The position numbers and the translations under genes are program-made. From an uncultured Armatimonadia bacterium (lineage in GTDB: Bacteria > Armatimonadota > Zipacnadia > Zipacnadales > UBA11051), in assembly GCA_964622325.1 (NCBI GenBank), contig CAZUOJ010000001.1, positions 492 to 64,491 of the forward strand: a DNA stretch of 64,000 bases, read 5' to 3'. Shown piece after piece: positions 45,791-56,313 of this stretch. How positions within the stretch are numbered: the stretch's first letter is position 1; the number at the start of each line of letters is the position of its first letter. The notes below the pieces were generated by a model, which was not told the DNA's origin, ran no database searches, and saw nothing but the letters and a program-made list of their open reading frames with translations.

Positions 45791-46819
45791 ATGCCTGAGA
45801 AAGCAAGAGTATGGTGCATTCTTACAAAAGAAGGCCTCAATCGAGTTATGCGGCCCGAAGATCAGGAGAAGCTCAAAGCCGAATTTGAGGTCACATTTAA
45901 TCGCAGCGACAAAATGCCCGATACAAAGGCCATTGCGCGGCGCATTGCCGATTATGATATTCTCATGGGGGGATGGGGAACGCCGCCGTTAACGGCGGAA
46001 GTTTTTGAGCGCGCCAAAAGGCTGAAGATGTATGCCCATTTGGCGGGCTCTGTGAAGCATATTTTATCTCCCGAAGTAGTGCGTGATTATCTGATCCCGC
46101 GCCAAATTGTGACATTTTCGGCCAATGAAGCCATTGGCTATAATGTCGCCGAGGCAGCTATTGGGCTGATGATAATGATTGGGCGACACTGGATTCCCTT
46201 TATCAATGATTATCGACAGACAGGGCGCTGGCGCTCCGATGTGGCGCCGTGGAATGGGCAATTTTTGTTGGGCTCCACAGTGGGCATCATCGGCGCCAGC
46301 AAAGTAGGGCGCTATGTGATAAAACTTTTAGGAAATTGGGATGTAAAAATTGTATGCTATGATCCTTATTTGACGCCGGAAGAAGCCAAGAAGCTAGGCG
46401 TACGGAAAGTCAGCCTGGAGACATTATTCAAAATTTCGGATTATATCTCCATCCATACGCCGACAACGCCGGAAACGCATCGCATGATTACAGCGAAACA
46501 TTTCAAATTGATGAAGGATGGGGCTACAATTATCAATACGGCGCGCCCATGGGTGCTGGATCCCGAGGCACTATATGAGGAAGCCAAAACGGGGCGCATT
46601 TATGTGGGGCTGGATGTCACGGAGCCGGAGCCTTTGCCGCCTGACAGCCCCTTGCGCTTTCTGGACAATGTATATATAACGCCTCATATCGCGGGCGCGG
46701 GCTATTATGGCTATTTTAAAATAGGAGAACATGCCCTCAAAGCTATGCGCCAGCTTGTAGCCGGAAAGAAAAAGATATTCGGCGCTGTTCCCTACGAATT
46801 TTATGATCGCCTGGCCTAG
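45791..46819 (+). CDS. D-isomer-specific 2-hydroxyacid dehydrogenase family protein
   Basis: NAD-binding motif GIIGASKVGRYV with a downstream catalytic His/Arg region. 342 aa. Confidence 0.65.
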   Translation: MPEKARVWCILTKEGLNRVMRPEDQEKLKAEFEVTFNRSDKMPDTKAIARRIADYDILMGGWGTPPLTAEVFERAKRLKMYAHLAGSVKHILSPEVVRDYLIPRQIVTFSANEAIGYNVAEAAIGLMIMIGRHWIPFINDYRQTGRWRSDVAPWNGQFLLGSTVGIIGASKVGRYVIKLLGNWDVKIVCYDPYLTPEEAKKLGVRKVSLETLFKISDYISIHTPTTPETHRMITAKHFKLMKDGATIINTARPWVLDPEALYEEAKTGRIYVGLDVTEPEPLPPDSPLRFLDNVYITPHIAGAGYYGYFKIGEHALKAMRQLVAGKKKIFGAVPYEFYDRLA

Positions 46820-47241
46820 CCAACAGGATTTTAGGGGAAACGAAGAAGCTCCCAAAGCCGGCTCAGCGGGGGCCCATAAGACAATTGGTGCAGCTGGCCG
46901 TAGCTTTGAGCCTGAGCCAAGCCTGTAAGATTCGCAGATATTTTATGGGCGCGCGCATACGCCTGTGTGAGCCTTTGTTGCTTCTGGCGCGCCTTTTTGT
47001 ATTATCTGGCCGTTATGAAGTCCTCTTCACGGCTGCATGCGCTTAATTCGACACGCAGGAAATTATTTTTATTTTCGCTTGGACAGCCGGGCAGACATAT
47101 AGGCTATAAGCCGCCTAGATGAGGAATTGGCAGGGCACGGGAATTGATATTGCTGTGCTTTTTGCGAAAAATCTTTTTTGGGGCTATTGTGTGGGCTATA
47201 TTGAGTCAGCCTTGAAGCTAATTTAAAGAGGAGGAAGTTAG

Positions 47242-48546
47242 ATGCCTCGTTACATTATCCCGGGGCCGAGATCGGCCGAATATTTAGCCCTTTCTGAGAT
47301 ATATGAAAAGGGATGCACATCCAGCCAGCCGCCGATTGTGTGGGAGTCGGCTGAAGGCTGTATTGTGCGGGATGTCGATGGAAACGAATATATTGATTGG
47401 ACATCCGGCGTGCTTGTCACAAATATCGGGCATTGCCATCCCAAACATGTGCAGGCGATCCAAGAACAAGTGGCGCGTTTGATGTGCCCGTATGATTATC
47501 GGACGCCCCAGCGCGTGCTTTTGGCCAAGCGGCTCGTGGAGTCCATGCCTCCCAGCGCCAAAAATTTAGATACAGCCTTTTTAGTCACAACAGGTTCCGA
47601 AGCCACAGAGGCGGCCATGCGTGTCGCAAAGCGCTATACGCAACGACATGAGATTATTTCCTTTTGGGGGGGCTTTCATGGACGGACATGGGGGGCGATG
47701 TCCATGGCGGGCAAGCAGGGCACGAAAAAACAATGGGGGCCTCTTATGCCCGGAACGCTGTATTCGCCCTATGCCTATTGCTATCGCTGCCCCTTTGAAA
47801 AAACAAGCGATACATGCGATTTCTTTTGCGCTACATGGCTGGATTATATTATGGAGGCGGAATCCATAGGAGACATTGCCGCGCTAATCGTGGAGCCCTA
47901 TCAAGGCGGAGCGGGCTTTATTTTTCCGCCGCGAGGATGGCTGACAAGAATACAAGAATGGTGCCGCGCCCACGATGTGCTCTTTATTGTGGATGAAGTG
48001 CAGGCTTCTTTTGGCCGTACAGGCAGAATGTATTGTATTGAGCACGAGAATTTGACGCCCAATATGCTGTGTTTGGGCAAGGGCCTGGGCAGCGGCATTC
48101 CGGCGGCGGCCACAATGTTTGAAAGCCATATGCTGGAAGGCATAGGCGAGATGTCTTCCACAAGCGGCGGCAATCCTGTGTCCTGTGCCGCGGCACTCGC
48201 CGTGTTTGACATTCTTGAGGAAGAAAATCTCATAGAAAATGCGCGTGTGGTGGGGGAATATATGCTGGGGCGGCTCAAGAGAATGACGGAAAAGTATGAA
48301 GTGTGCGGCGATGCTCGCGGCCAGGGGCTTGTGATGGGAATGGAATTTGTCAAAGACAAAAAGAGCAAAGAGCCGGCCGGCGAGCTGTGCAAATATATCT
48401 GCGAACGGCTTGTGGCCAACGGCGTCGTGTGTGGACGCGTCGGATGGTGGGGACAAGTCATGCGAATTGCTCCGCCCCTCGTGATCACATTAGAACAGGC
48501 GGAACAAAGCTGTGATGCACTGGAAAAGACTCTGCAGGAGCTATAA
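47242..48546 (+). CDS. Class III PLP-dependent aminotransferase
   Basis: GGAGGAAG RBS. The signature FIVDEVQASFGRTGRMY is the DEVQTGFGRTG motif. 434 aa. Confidence 0.8.
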   Translation: MPRYIIPGPRSAEYLALSEIYEKGCTSSQPPIVWESAEGCIVRDVDGNEYIDWTSGVLVTNIGHCHPKHVQAIQEQVARLMCPYDYRTPQRVLLAKRLVESMPPSAKNLDTAFLVTTGSEATEAAMRVAKRYTQRHEIISFWGGFHGRTWGAMSMAGKQGTKKQWGPLMPGTLYSPYAYCYRCPFEKTSDTCDFFCATWLDYIMEAESIGDIAALIVEPYQGGAGFIFPPRGWLTRIQEWCRAHDVLFIVDEVQASFGRTGRMYCIEHENLTPNMLCLGKGLGSGIPAAATMFESHMLEGIGEMSSTSGGNPVSCAAALAVFDILEEENLIENARVVGEYMLGRLKRMTEKYEVCGDARGQGLVMGMEFVKDKKSKEPAGELCKYICERLVANGVVCGRVGWWGQVMRIAPPLVITLEQAEQSCDALEKTLQEL

Positions 48547-48648
48547 GCTCTTCGCCCGGCGGCTTGCCGGCGCATATGAAGCTCAAGAAAAAATGATTTG
48601 GCAGCGCACGAGCATACAGCGTTTCCCTTTAAAAAGCAGGCGAGGAAA

Positions 48649-51021
48649 ATGTCTCCAGCGTTAACAGAAAAAATCAAATCTTATGCCTTTCAGTTAGGGG
48701 CAGATCTAGTCGGGATCGCAAACATAGAACGATTTGCCCATGCCCCAATGGAAATGAGCCCCCAGGGATTGTTGCCGGAAGCGCGCAGCGTCATCGTGTG
48801 CGCTTTGCATCATCCCGACGGCTGCATTGAGATGGGGGGCCGCGAACATCCGCAAAAAATGGGGCCCTACGCTGTGCAAGGCTTTATGAACACGCATCTG
48901 GATCATATCTCCTACGAAATGGCGCGCTATCTGGAGGATTTAGGCTACGAAGCTATTCCCCTTGCCGCCAGCAATATCTGGCGTTATCGGGGCTATAAAA
49001 ATTTACGTGCGGTTTTTGCGCCGGATATGTCCCATATCTATGCAGCAGTGGCGGCGGGCTTGACGGAATTAGGCTATCACGGCATCTCTATGAGCCCGGA
49101 ATTTGGGCCTCGCAATCGCTTCGTATCTATCGTGACAACAGCGCCGCTTGTGCCCTTGCCGCTTTTGCCCGGCAATACGCTGTGCGATGGCTGTCAGCAA
49201 TGCGTGAAGCATTGTCTTTCGGGAGCGCTTTCGGAAGAAGTGGACGGCACGGAAGATTTGCTCATTGAAGATAGGCGCTATACAAAAGCCAAGAAAAATC
49301 TGTGGCGTTGCTCCTGGGGAGAACATTTTGGCGTGGATCTGGATTTGCCCAAGCCGACTGTCGTGACAGAAGAAAATATCATTGCAACGATACGCCAGCA
49401 TGGCCTGCGAGGCGGGGAAATGGGCAGCTGCCTGCGTTATTGCTTGCCGCCCCATCTGCGCCGCTGGGATCACGAATATACGAATGCGCCGCGGCGCAAG
49501 CGAATCTACATGCCTGACGAATCTATTATTCCGCCCACATTGCAGACAAAGACAGCTAATATAAAGACAAAGGCCGACATGGAACGTTCCCTTGCCTCTT
49601 CCTCCTTACAAGAACGCTGGATGCCGCGTCATATTCAGGATCCTATAATTGCTGCCGCTTATAGCCGCGATGTAGATTTTGTGTGGATATATGATGAGAC
49701 GCAAATGATAGAAATAGGGCTAGATTATAAACAACGGCTGCCCGATGCGATTCGGGGCGTGACAATGGGCGTGGCTGTGCCCCAAAACAAAAGCGGCGGA
49801 GATCTCAGGAGCACGGCGCAGTATTTGGCGGAACGGGCGGCTTTTTTAGCGGCGCGCCAATTAGAGGATTATGGCTATAGCGTTGTTGTCTGCGCGGATT
49901 TGCCGCCGTCCATAATGGCTTCAGCTGTCCAGCCCTGGAAGCAAGCAGGCTGGGAAATTGTCACAGCCACAATACTGACAAGCGCGCCTTTGACGCCGCG
50001 AATTCCTGAGATGTCTGCAGCCCCGGCTGACAGCCATCAAATGTATTCCCGCATAGCGCAAAGAGATTTAACAAAAGCTGTTAAGAAAGCCGCGGAGAGT
50101 TTCGGCGTGGATCTTGTTGGCATTGCCAGTCCAGAACGTCTCACACAATTAAAGGCGCAGCTTTCGCCTGTTATGGACGGGGAGACGATATTGCACGCCA
50201 CAAATAGAGGGCAGATGTGGCTTGAATATGATGTTGAAGTGACGCTCAGCACGCGGCGTGTCAAAGATGCGTATGATTATTTGCCTACGGCAAAAGCAGT
50301 CCTCGTGATGGGCTTGCGGCTGCCCCAGGCGACTGTGAGGCGTGTGGGCGAGCCGCCTTCGGAAGCTGTCGGGCCGTATGTGTTTGCGCAATATGTGACA
50401 CAATGGATTCTGCGTGAAAAAGCTTTGCAAATGATAAAATGGCTGTATGGACTAGGATATAATGCGGAAATGTCTCTGGATTTAATGAACACAGGCTCCT
50501 ATGTGGCCAATCCGCGTGGGCTACAGCCAAATGCCTTTTGCAATCGCTTTGCCGCCCTGTGCGCCGGGCTAGGCGTGCTGACAAAGGGCGGCTTCGTGAC
50601 AACAGAGGAATTTGGCCCCAATGTGCGCTTTGTCGCCGTGATAACGGACGCGCCGTTACAGGCCGATGAGATACAGGATTTGCAGAGCGGACAGGCAGTT
50701 TGCTGTGATTGCCAAATATGCCAGGAAGTCTGCCCCTCGCAAGCCTATCAGGAAGAAATCACGCTCAGCTTAGAAGGGCAACAATTCAGTTTTTATCGCC
50801 TGGATCAAAAACGATGTGATTGGACAGCAAAATTTGCTTTGCTCGGAGGGGACGGCATTGCGAAGATGGGCGTGAATTATGAAGTGCCGCCGCCCGCGCA
50901 AATTACGCCCGAGGCTTTGAAAGAAGCGATGCGGGGCTTTGATGCCATTCAAGGACATCATCGCTGTGCTGTGGAAAGCTGTGTAGTGCGCTGCCCGCTG
51001 GCCCAGCCCGATACAAAATAA
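48649..51021 (+). CDS. Tandem-duplicated QueG/reductive-dehalogenase-like iron-sulfur protein (two DUF1730-like modules, each with a 4Fe-4S ferredoxin motif)
   Basis: Module 1 reads IKSYAFQLGADLVGIANIERF...CDGCQQCVKHC. Module 2 reads LTKAVKKAAESFGVDLVGIASPERL...CCDCQICQEVCPSQAY. The likely start is the ATG at 48649; the track ORF begins at 48598. Confidence 0.5.
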   Translation: MSPALTEKIKSYAFQLGADLVGIANIERFAHAPMEMSPQGLLPEARSVIVCALHHPDGCIEMGGREHPQKMGPYAVQGFMNTHLDHISYEMARYLEDLGYEAIPLAASNIWRYRGYKNLRAVFAPDMSHIYAAVAAGLTELGYHGISMSPEFGPRNRFVSIVTTAPLVPLPLLPGNTLCDGCQQCVKHCLSGALSEEVDGTEDLLIEDRRYTKAKKNLWRCSWGEHFGVDLDLPKPTVVTEENIIATIRQHGLRGGEMGSCLRYCLPPHLRRWDHEYTNAPRRKRIYMPDESIIPPTLQTKTANIKTKADMERSLASSSLQERWMPRHIQDPIIAAAYSRDVDFVWIYDETQMIEIGLDYKQRLPDAIRGVTMGVAVPQNKSGGDLRSTAQYLAERAAFLAARQLEDYGYSVVVCADLPPSIMASAVQPWKQAGWEIVTATILTSAPLTPRIPEMSAAPADSHQMYSRIAQRDLTKAVKKAAESFGVDLVGIASPERLTQLKAQLSPVMDGETILHATNRGQMWLEYDVEVTLSTRRVKDAYDYLPTAKAVLVMGLRLPQATVRRVGEPPSEAVGPYVFAQYVTQWILREKALQMIKWLYGLGYNAEMSLDLMNTGSYVANPRGLQPNAFCNRFAALCAGLGVLTKGGFVTTEEFGPNVRFVAVITDAPLQADEIQDLQSGQAVCCDCQICQEVCPSQAYQEEITLSLEGQQFSFYRLDQKRCDWTAKFALLGGDGIAKMGVNYEVPPPAQITPEALKEAMRGFDAIQGHHRCAVESCVVRCPLAQPDTK

Positions 51022-51142
51022 TGGGCAAGGAATCCAGATTCGCGATGGCATATTTGTGCGTGGCGATTTACAACACATTCCTCTAAGCGTATCTAACACA
51101 CCCCAAAATTTACTACAAAATAACAAAAACAGGGAGAAGTCT

Positions 51143-53359
51143 ATGAAGCAGCTTCCTCGTTTTCTGCAGCAACGGCTGGAATGGGAATTTCCAGCGCCGC
51201 ATACGCATTATGGCATCCCCCTAGGAAATGGACTTTTTGGCGCGTTAATCTGGGGCGAAGATAACGAAATTCGCATTACAATCAATCGACAGGATTATTG
51301 GGATCATCGGGGCGGGATGGATTTTCGTCCGGAAGCCACATACGCAAATCTGAAGTGCTGGCTTCAGGCGGGCGATGAGGAGAGTTTGCGCCGCGTCTTT
51401 GAGGATACGCACATCGATGAGCATACGCCCCCTCAGCCAACGCGCCTTCCGATGGGGCGCATAGATGTGCAGCTGGCGGAGCCGTTTAAAATCGCTACAG
51501 GGGGGCTGGACATGACGCGGGGGATGGCGCAGATAGAATTCTCTCCGGGCGGCGTCTTGCATGCTGTGATCAGGCGTGGACAGCCTGTTTTGGCGCTGAG
51601 CATACGCGGCGTGGCAGCGGATATTATTCCCCGCCCTGTATATCATGAGGAAGTTTTACAGCATTATCGCCAATATAGCTTTCCGCCAGCGCAAACATTT
51701 TGCGAAGGCGATTACTGCGGCTGGATACAGGAATGCCCCGGCGAGCCTGCGATGTGTGTGGGCTGTCTGAGCGTCAACAGCCCCCGCAAGCGTGACATAT
51801 TCATCGGCAGCGTGTACGGCGCCACGCCTGAACAAGCCCGTTTAGCCGCCTGGGAGCTTGTGCAAGAAATAGCGCAACACGGATACGAGCAAATTGCCCA
51901 GGAGGAAGGGAATTTTTGGCGTCAATATTGGGAGCACGGAGCACAAATTTGCCTTCCTGACACAGAACGAGAATTGCTTTATTATCTGGGAATGTATAAG
52001 CTGGCGGGCGTGTCCTGGCCGGGAGGAACAGCAGCCACATTGCAGGGGCCCTGGATTGAAGAATATCGTCTGCCGCCCTGGAGCGGAGATTATCATTTCA
52101 ATATCAATGTCCAGGAATGTTATTGGCCTGCTTTTTCTGGAAATCAATTAGCTGCCTTGCAGCCTCTTGTAGAAATGATTCAATCCTGGCTCCCGAAATT
52201 ACGCGCTTATGCGCGCGCCTTTGTAGGGATAGAGGATGGCTTACAATTGCCCCATGCTGTAGATGATCGTTGCCGCTGTATGGGCGGCTTTTGGACAGGC
52301 TCCATAGATCATGGCTCCACAGCCTGGATTGGGCAAATTTTCTGGCAGCTTTATCGCTACACGATGGATGAGAAATTTCTGCAAGAAGTGGCGTATCCTT
52401 TTCTTAAAGGGGCGATGCGCGTTTATGAGGAGATGCTGGAGGAAGAAGCTGGATGCTACGTCTTGCCTGTAAGCGTCTCTCCGGAATATGGCGGCTCTGA
52501 AATAACAGCTTGGGGACGGAATGCCAGCTTTCAATTAGCGTGTATTCATTTTTTATGCCGTGCGCTTATCCAGGCTTCCCGCCAATTAGATGTAGATGCG
52601 GACAAGCGCCGCAAATGGGAAGACATTGCGGCGCGTCTTCCCCTGGCGGCAACGGATCCTGAGGGCCAACAAATCTGGCTATGGGAGGGGCAGCCTTTAG
52701 CCGAAAGCCATCGGCATCATTCCCATCTAGCGGGCCTGTATCCTTTTGATATATTTCACTTCAATAATCCGCAACACAAAGCGTTGCTTCAAAATTCGCT
52801 CAATCATTTGACATTTTTGGGAATGGGCTTATGGAGCGGCTGGAGCTTTCCCTGGGCCAGCATTATATTTGCCCGCATGGGAAATGGCGAAATGGCAGAT
52901 TTGATTTTGGGCCTCTTTCGGCGGCTATTTATCAATCAGGGCTACGCCAGCACGCATGATGCTATTTTCCCGGGATTTACAATATTCTCTGGCCGGCCGC
53001 ACATCATGCAAATTGAAGCCGGATTGGGCGCCGCAGCAGCTGTCCTGGAAATGCTGTGCCACACACGACAGGGCGTTTTGCACATCTTCCCCGCTGTGCC
53101 CCGACAATGGAAGGAAGCCAGCTTTACGCATATCCGGATTGAGGGAGCTTTCTTAATCTCCGCTCAGTGGGAAGAGCGACGAACTGTGAAAATAGAAATC
53201 TATAGCGAAAAAGGCGGCGAATTGCGCCTGGCCAATCCCTGGCAAAGCGCAACTATTTTGCGCCAAGAAACAACGCAAAAAATTTTAACGCAGGAAGCAA
53301 TTATCCGTTTGCAAACAGAGTCCGGCGAAAAAATTATTTTGCAGCCGGCAGATATTTAA
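51143..53359 (+). CDS. (Alpha/alpha)6-barrel glycoside hydrolase, GH95-like (alpha-L-fucosidase family) guess
   Basis: AGGGAG RBS before the ATG at 51143. The N-terminal YGIPLGNGLFGALIWGEDNEIRITINRQDYWDHRGG resembles the GH95 PIGNGRLGAMVFG...NEDTLWSG opening. About 740 aa. Confidence 0.45.
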   Translation: MKQLPRFLQQRLEWEFPAPHTHYGIPLGNGLFGALIWGEDNEIRITINRQDYWDHRGGMDFRPEATYANLKCWLQAGDEESLRRVFEDTHIDEHTPPQPTRLPMGRIDVQLAEPFKIATGGLDMTRGMAQIEFSPGGVLHAVIRRGQPVLALSIRGVAADIIPRPVYHEEVLQHYRQYSFPPAQTFCEGDYCGWIQECPGEPAMCVGCLSVNSPRKRDIFIGSVYGATPEQARLAAWELVQEIAQHGYEQIAQEEGNFWRQYWEHGAQICLPDTERELLYYLGMYKLAGVSWPGGTAATLQGPWIEEYRLPPWSGDYHFNINVQECYWPAFSGNQLAALQPLVEMIQSWLPKLRAYARAFVGIEDGLQLPHAVDDRCRCMGGFWTGSIDHGSTAWIGQIFWQLYRYTMDEKFLQEVAYPFLKGAMRVYEEMLEEEAGCYVLPVSVSPEYGGSEITAWGRNASFQLACIHFLCRALIQASRQLDVDADKRRKWEDIAARLPLAATDPEGQQIWLWEGQPLAESHRHHSHLAGLYPFDIFHFNNPQHKALLQNSLNHLTFLGMGLWSGWSFPWASIIFARMGNGEMADLILGLFRRLFINQGYASTHDAIFPGFTIFSGRPHIMQIEAGLGAAAAVLEMLCHTRQGVLHIFPAVPRQWKEASFTHIRIEGAFLISAQWEERRTVKIEIYSEKGGELRLANPWQSATILRQETTQKILTQEAIIRLQTESGEKIILQPADI

Positions 53360-53372
53360 ACGACAGAAATTT

Positions 53373-54299
53373 GTGCCGATAGAGAGAATAATTGATATTT
53401 TTTTATTTTTCTGCCTGGCTAGTGTCGCTATATTTTCTCTTTCTATATACAACAAGTTTTCATTTTTCGCCCCTCAACAGAAGATGAAATTGTTATTTCT
53501 AACAGATTTGCATATGACGGACTTTATACAGCAGCCGGAAGGCTTCTATGCTCGCATTCCGGCTCATGCTCTGCAGCTTTTGCCGCGCCGCTATGATTTA
53601 ATGGGCTATCTCTTGCCTTTGGCTTTGCAACAAGCGCTGGCAGAATTGGCCCCGGATTTTGTTCTTTTGGGCGGAGATCTTGTGGATGACGGCTTTGGGC
53701 CAAGGGGGCAAAAAGAGCTTCTTTTTGTAAGCGAGATTATTGCGCAGAACGTTTCTGCTGCGGCCGCTGATACGCGTATAGGCTGGCTATACGGAAATCA
53801 CGATGGCCCGCAAGAGCAATTTGCGCAGCTATTAGGCAAGCTTAATTGGACAGCAGATTTTCATGATGTGCGGATTGTGGGGCTCAATTCCGGCAGCATG
53901 AATCCAGAGGAGGAAGAGGAAAGCTCACGTGTGGCGTTGAGGCATCTACAGGAAGCTTTAGCCACAAACGAAGGCCGACATGTGCTCATATGCTTGCATC
54001 AATGGCTATGGCCGCCTGATGTGCGGGGCTATAGTTTTGCGCGCGCCCCAGAAGCATTAGAGCTAATTCAGGACGATCCGTATGTCGTTGCTGTAATTAG
54101 CGGGCATTATCATAATGGGCGCTATGAGGAGCGCTTAGGCATCCATTATTGCACAGCCCGTGCTTTTGCGGAGCCGCCCTTTTGTTATTCCACATTTCAC
54201 ATCACAGACAGCCAGCTTATATGGGAAGAATATGCATGGCAGTCCGTCGAACAGAGATTTATTGTTTCGTGGCAACGCCAATGTCGATTACGAGGATAG
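53373..54299 (+). CDS. Calcineurin-like metallophosphoesterase, possibly membrane-anchored
   Basis: Motifs LTDLHMTD, GGDLVDDG, GNHD and GHYHNG are present. A GTG start at 53373 gives an N-terminal TM helix. The alternative ATG at 53484 gives MKLLFLTDLH. Confidence 0.6.
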   Translation: MPIERIIDIFLFFCLASVAIFSLSIYNKFSFFAPQQKMKLLFLTDLHMTDFIQQPEGFYARIPAHALQLLPRRYDLMGYLLPLALQQALAELAPDFVLLGGDLVDDGFGPRGQKELLFVSEIIAQNVSAAAADTRIGWLYGNHDGPQEQFAQLLGKLNWTADFHDVRIVGLNSGSMNPEEEEESSRVALRHLQEALATNEGRHVLICLHQWLWPPDVRGYSFARAPEALELIQDDPYVVAVISGHYHNGRYEERLGIHYCTARAFAEPPFCYSTFHITDSQLIWEEYAWQSVEQRFIVSWQRQCRLRG

Positions 54300-55340
54300 A
54301 TGACAGCTCGCCAGCAGCTGTTTAATTTCGGATAAATTCACATCTTCGCCGGGCATGGGGAAGCGATAGGGCAGCAGCCACCAGTCTTCGCTAAAAAGAG
54401 CCGATTCGCCCGGCTTTAATATCTCTAGCGGCCCAATAGGCTCTAATTCACAAAAATCGAGGGGCAAGGCGCGCTGTTCGGGCGGCTTTTGGCGCTCTTG
54501 CAGGGAAGGATAATAATAGATGGAAAGCGTAGCCGCACACATTTCCCCGTATGCGCGCGAAGGATATACAGGCCATTTTTTAACAAAAATCACATTATGG
54601 CGCATAAGATAAGCAAGCTCGCCCGGCTCTGTGTCCAGCATAAATTTTGAAAAGGGCGGATCGCCGCGAATCTCCAGAAAGCCTTCACGCACGCGTACAT
54701 TTTCATGAGGCGTAGGCCGAAAATCCATCACAGCGCCAGGGCCATATGTGAGATAGCCTTTGGGGAAGCGGCTATAGGAATTTAAAGGCACGAGGCAAAT
54801 GCCCTGGCCCTGGGCGAATGTGCGGCTCCAATGGCAGATACGGAGCGTACGGGCGCTCCGATTGATGATTTTTTGGGTACAGCGCAAATGAGAGCCAACG
54901 GGATCCAGCCGGAAAAAGCGTATCAGCTGCACGCCAAGCTGACGATCAATACGGCTTGTCATCACAGCTTCACGAGGCCCCAGAAATTGCGCCCGCCAGG
55001 GCCCCAGCCATAAATCCAGATGTCGGCCAATTGTCAGCTCAGGCCCAATGTCAAAACGGCCGCCGTAAGGATCCACAATTTGCCCGCCAGGGCGCCATGT
55101 GTAGCCGTTTTGAGCAGGATTTAGCGGAATAGCCTCTCGTCCTTGCCAGCGATACGAAAGGATACGCCCCCCACAATGGGGGCCCAACACGACTTTTGTC
55201 TCCTCATTGTGCAATAACAAACAATTTGCGTAGCCTGCAAAATCAATGTACGAATTGGCCATGAGCGCTGGCGAAATGCTCCCCATGCCTATTAAAAGCC
55301 AGATCTGCCGAAATAAACAAAGCCTCTTGATCGATGGCAT
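54288..55340 (-). CDS. Secreted hypothetical protein (DUF4380-like guess)
   Basis: 350 aa with signal peptide MPSIKRLCLFRQIWLLIGMGSISPALMA. Its 3' end overlaps the convergent metallophosphoesterase gene by 12 nt. Confidence 0.5.
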   Translation of the reverse strand: MPSIKRLCLFRQIWLLIGMGSISPALMANSYIDFAGYANCLLLHNEETKVVLGPHCGGRILSYRWQGREAIPLNPAQNGYTWRPGGQIVDPYGGRFDIGPELTIGRHLDLWLGPWRAQFLGPREAVMTSRIDRQLGVQLIRFFRLDPVGSHLRCTQKIINRSARTLRICHWSRTFAQGQGICLVPLNSYSRFPKGYLTYGPGAVMDFRPTPHENVRVREGFLEIRGDPPFSKFMLDTEPGELAYLMRHNVIFVKKWPVYPSRAYGEMCAATLSIYYYPSLQERQKPPEQRALPLDFCELEPIGPLEILKPGESALFSEDWWLLPYRFPMPGEDVNLSEIKQLLASCHLSS

Positions 55341-55438
55341 TGTCGTTTCTCCTATCTACAGCTCAAAAAAGGCTTGTGATGACACAAAATGCTTCTGGCT
55401 ATTCCTCAGAGCAATATTGACTTCCTGCTTGGTAATTT

Positions 55439-56155
55439 TCAGGCAGCTTCGGAGATATTTTCGGGGATACACAGCTTATAGCCGACGCCCGATACTGTAA
55501 TAATATAGCGCGGTCGATGAGGCTCGGGCTCAATTTTGGCGCGCAGCCTGCCGATATGGACATCTAATGTCCGTGTCCGAATATGCGAATCATATCCCCA
55601 TACACGCATAAGCAATGTAGAGGAACGGACAACAGAGCCGCGATTTTCGGCAAGCACAGCCAGCAAAGCAAACTCTTTAGGCGTGAGATGTACAGGCTGG
55701 CCATGGCGCAGCACTTGTCGTTGGGCCAGATCCAGCGTGATGTCGCCAATCTGCAGCACAGGGGCAGGCCCGCTTTCATCCACAAACATACGGCCACAAC
55801 GCCGCAGCCGCGCATGAATCCGTGCAGCCAACTCGCAGGGGCTGATAGGCCGAGGCACGAAATCATCGGCGCCAATTTCCAAGCCAATAATACAATCAAT
55901 TTCTTCCCCGCGGGCGCTGAGCATAATGATGGGGATATGACAATCCTGGCGCAAACGCCGACATACTTCAAAGCCGTCCATATCCGGCAGCAGGAGATCC
56001 AGCAAAAGAAGCGAAAAATCTTGTTGCTGGAGAAATCGCAAGGCCGCTGCGCCAGTGCGGCAAACAATCACGCGATAGCCTTTATTTTCAATCTGACGAT
56101 GCAAGCTATGGGCCAAAGACATATCATCCGTGCACAGCAAAATCCGATGTGGCAT
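55439..56155 (-). CDS. OmpR/PhoB-family response regulator (receiver plus winged-helix), orphan
   Basis: Receiver residues present: DD in ILLCTDD, the phospho-acceptor Asp in LLLLDLLLPDMDG, and the Ser in MLSARG. The wHTH is LTPKEFALLAVLAENRGSVVRS...RTLDVHIGRLRAKIE. The conserved Lys after DDF is replaced by Arg (DDFVPRPIS). Confidence 0.8.
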   Translation of the reverse strand: MPHRILLCTDDMSLAHSLHRQIENKGYRVIVCRTGAAALRFLQQQDFSLLLLDLLLPDMDGFEVCRRLRQDCHIPIIMLSARGEEIDCIIGLEIGADDFVPRPISPCELAARIHARLRRCGRMFVDESGPAPVLQIGDITLDLAQRQVLRHGQPVHLTPKEFALLAVLAENRGSVVRSSTLLMRVWGYDSHIRTRTLDVHIGRLRAKIEPEPHRPRYIITVSGVGYKLCIPENISEAA

Positions 56156-56313
56156 ATTGCCTCCTGTGACGAGAAACGCGCTTTCAGGCCCAGCCTACAT
56201 CGCTCAAAAAATATATCGGCGGATCGGGCAGACGATTAAGCGGCGTGGCGCCTTGCAACGGAATCGTTACATTCCGCCTAATAGCCGCGGCGTGTCGGAA
56301 GGAGAGCTATGCA

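Noticed and set aside
47884-48677. Minus-strand ORFs of 190 and 258 aa across the class III aminotransferase gene
   Set aside because: They are antisense to a gene with clear PLP-aminotransferase motifs. The translations are low-complexity.
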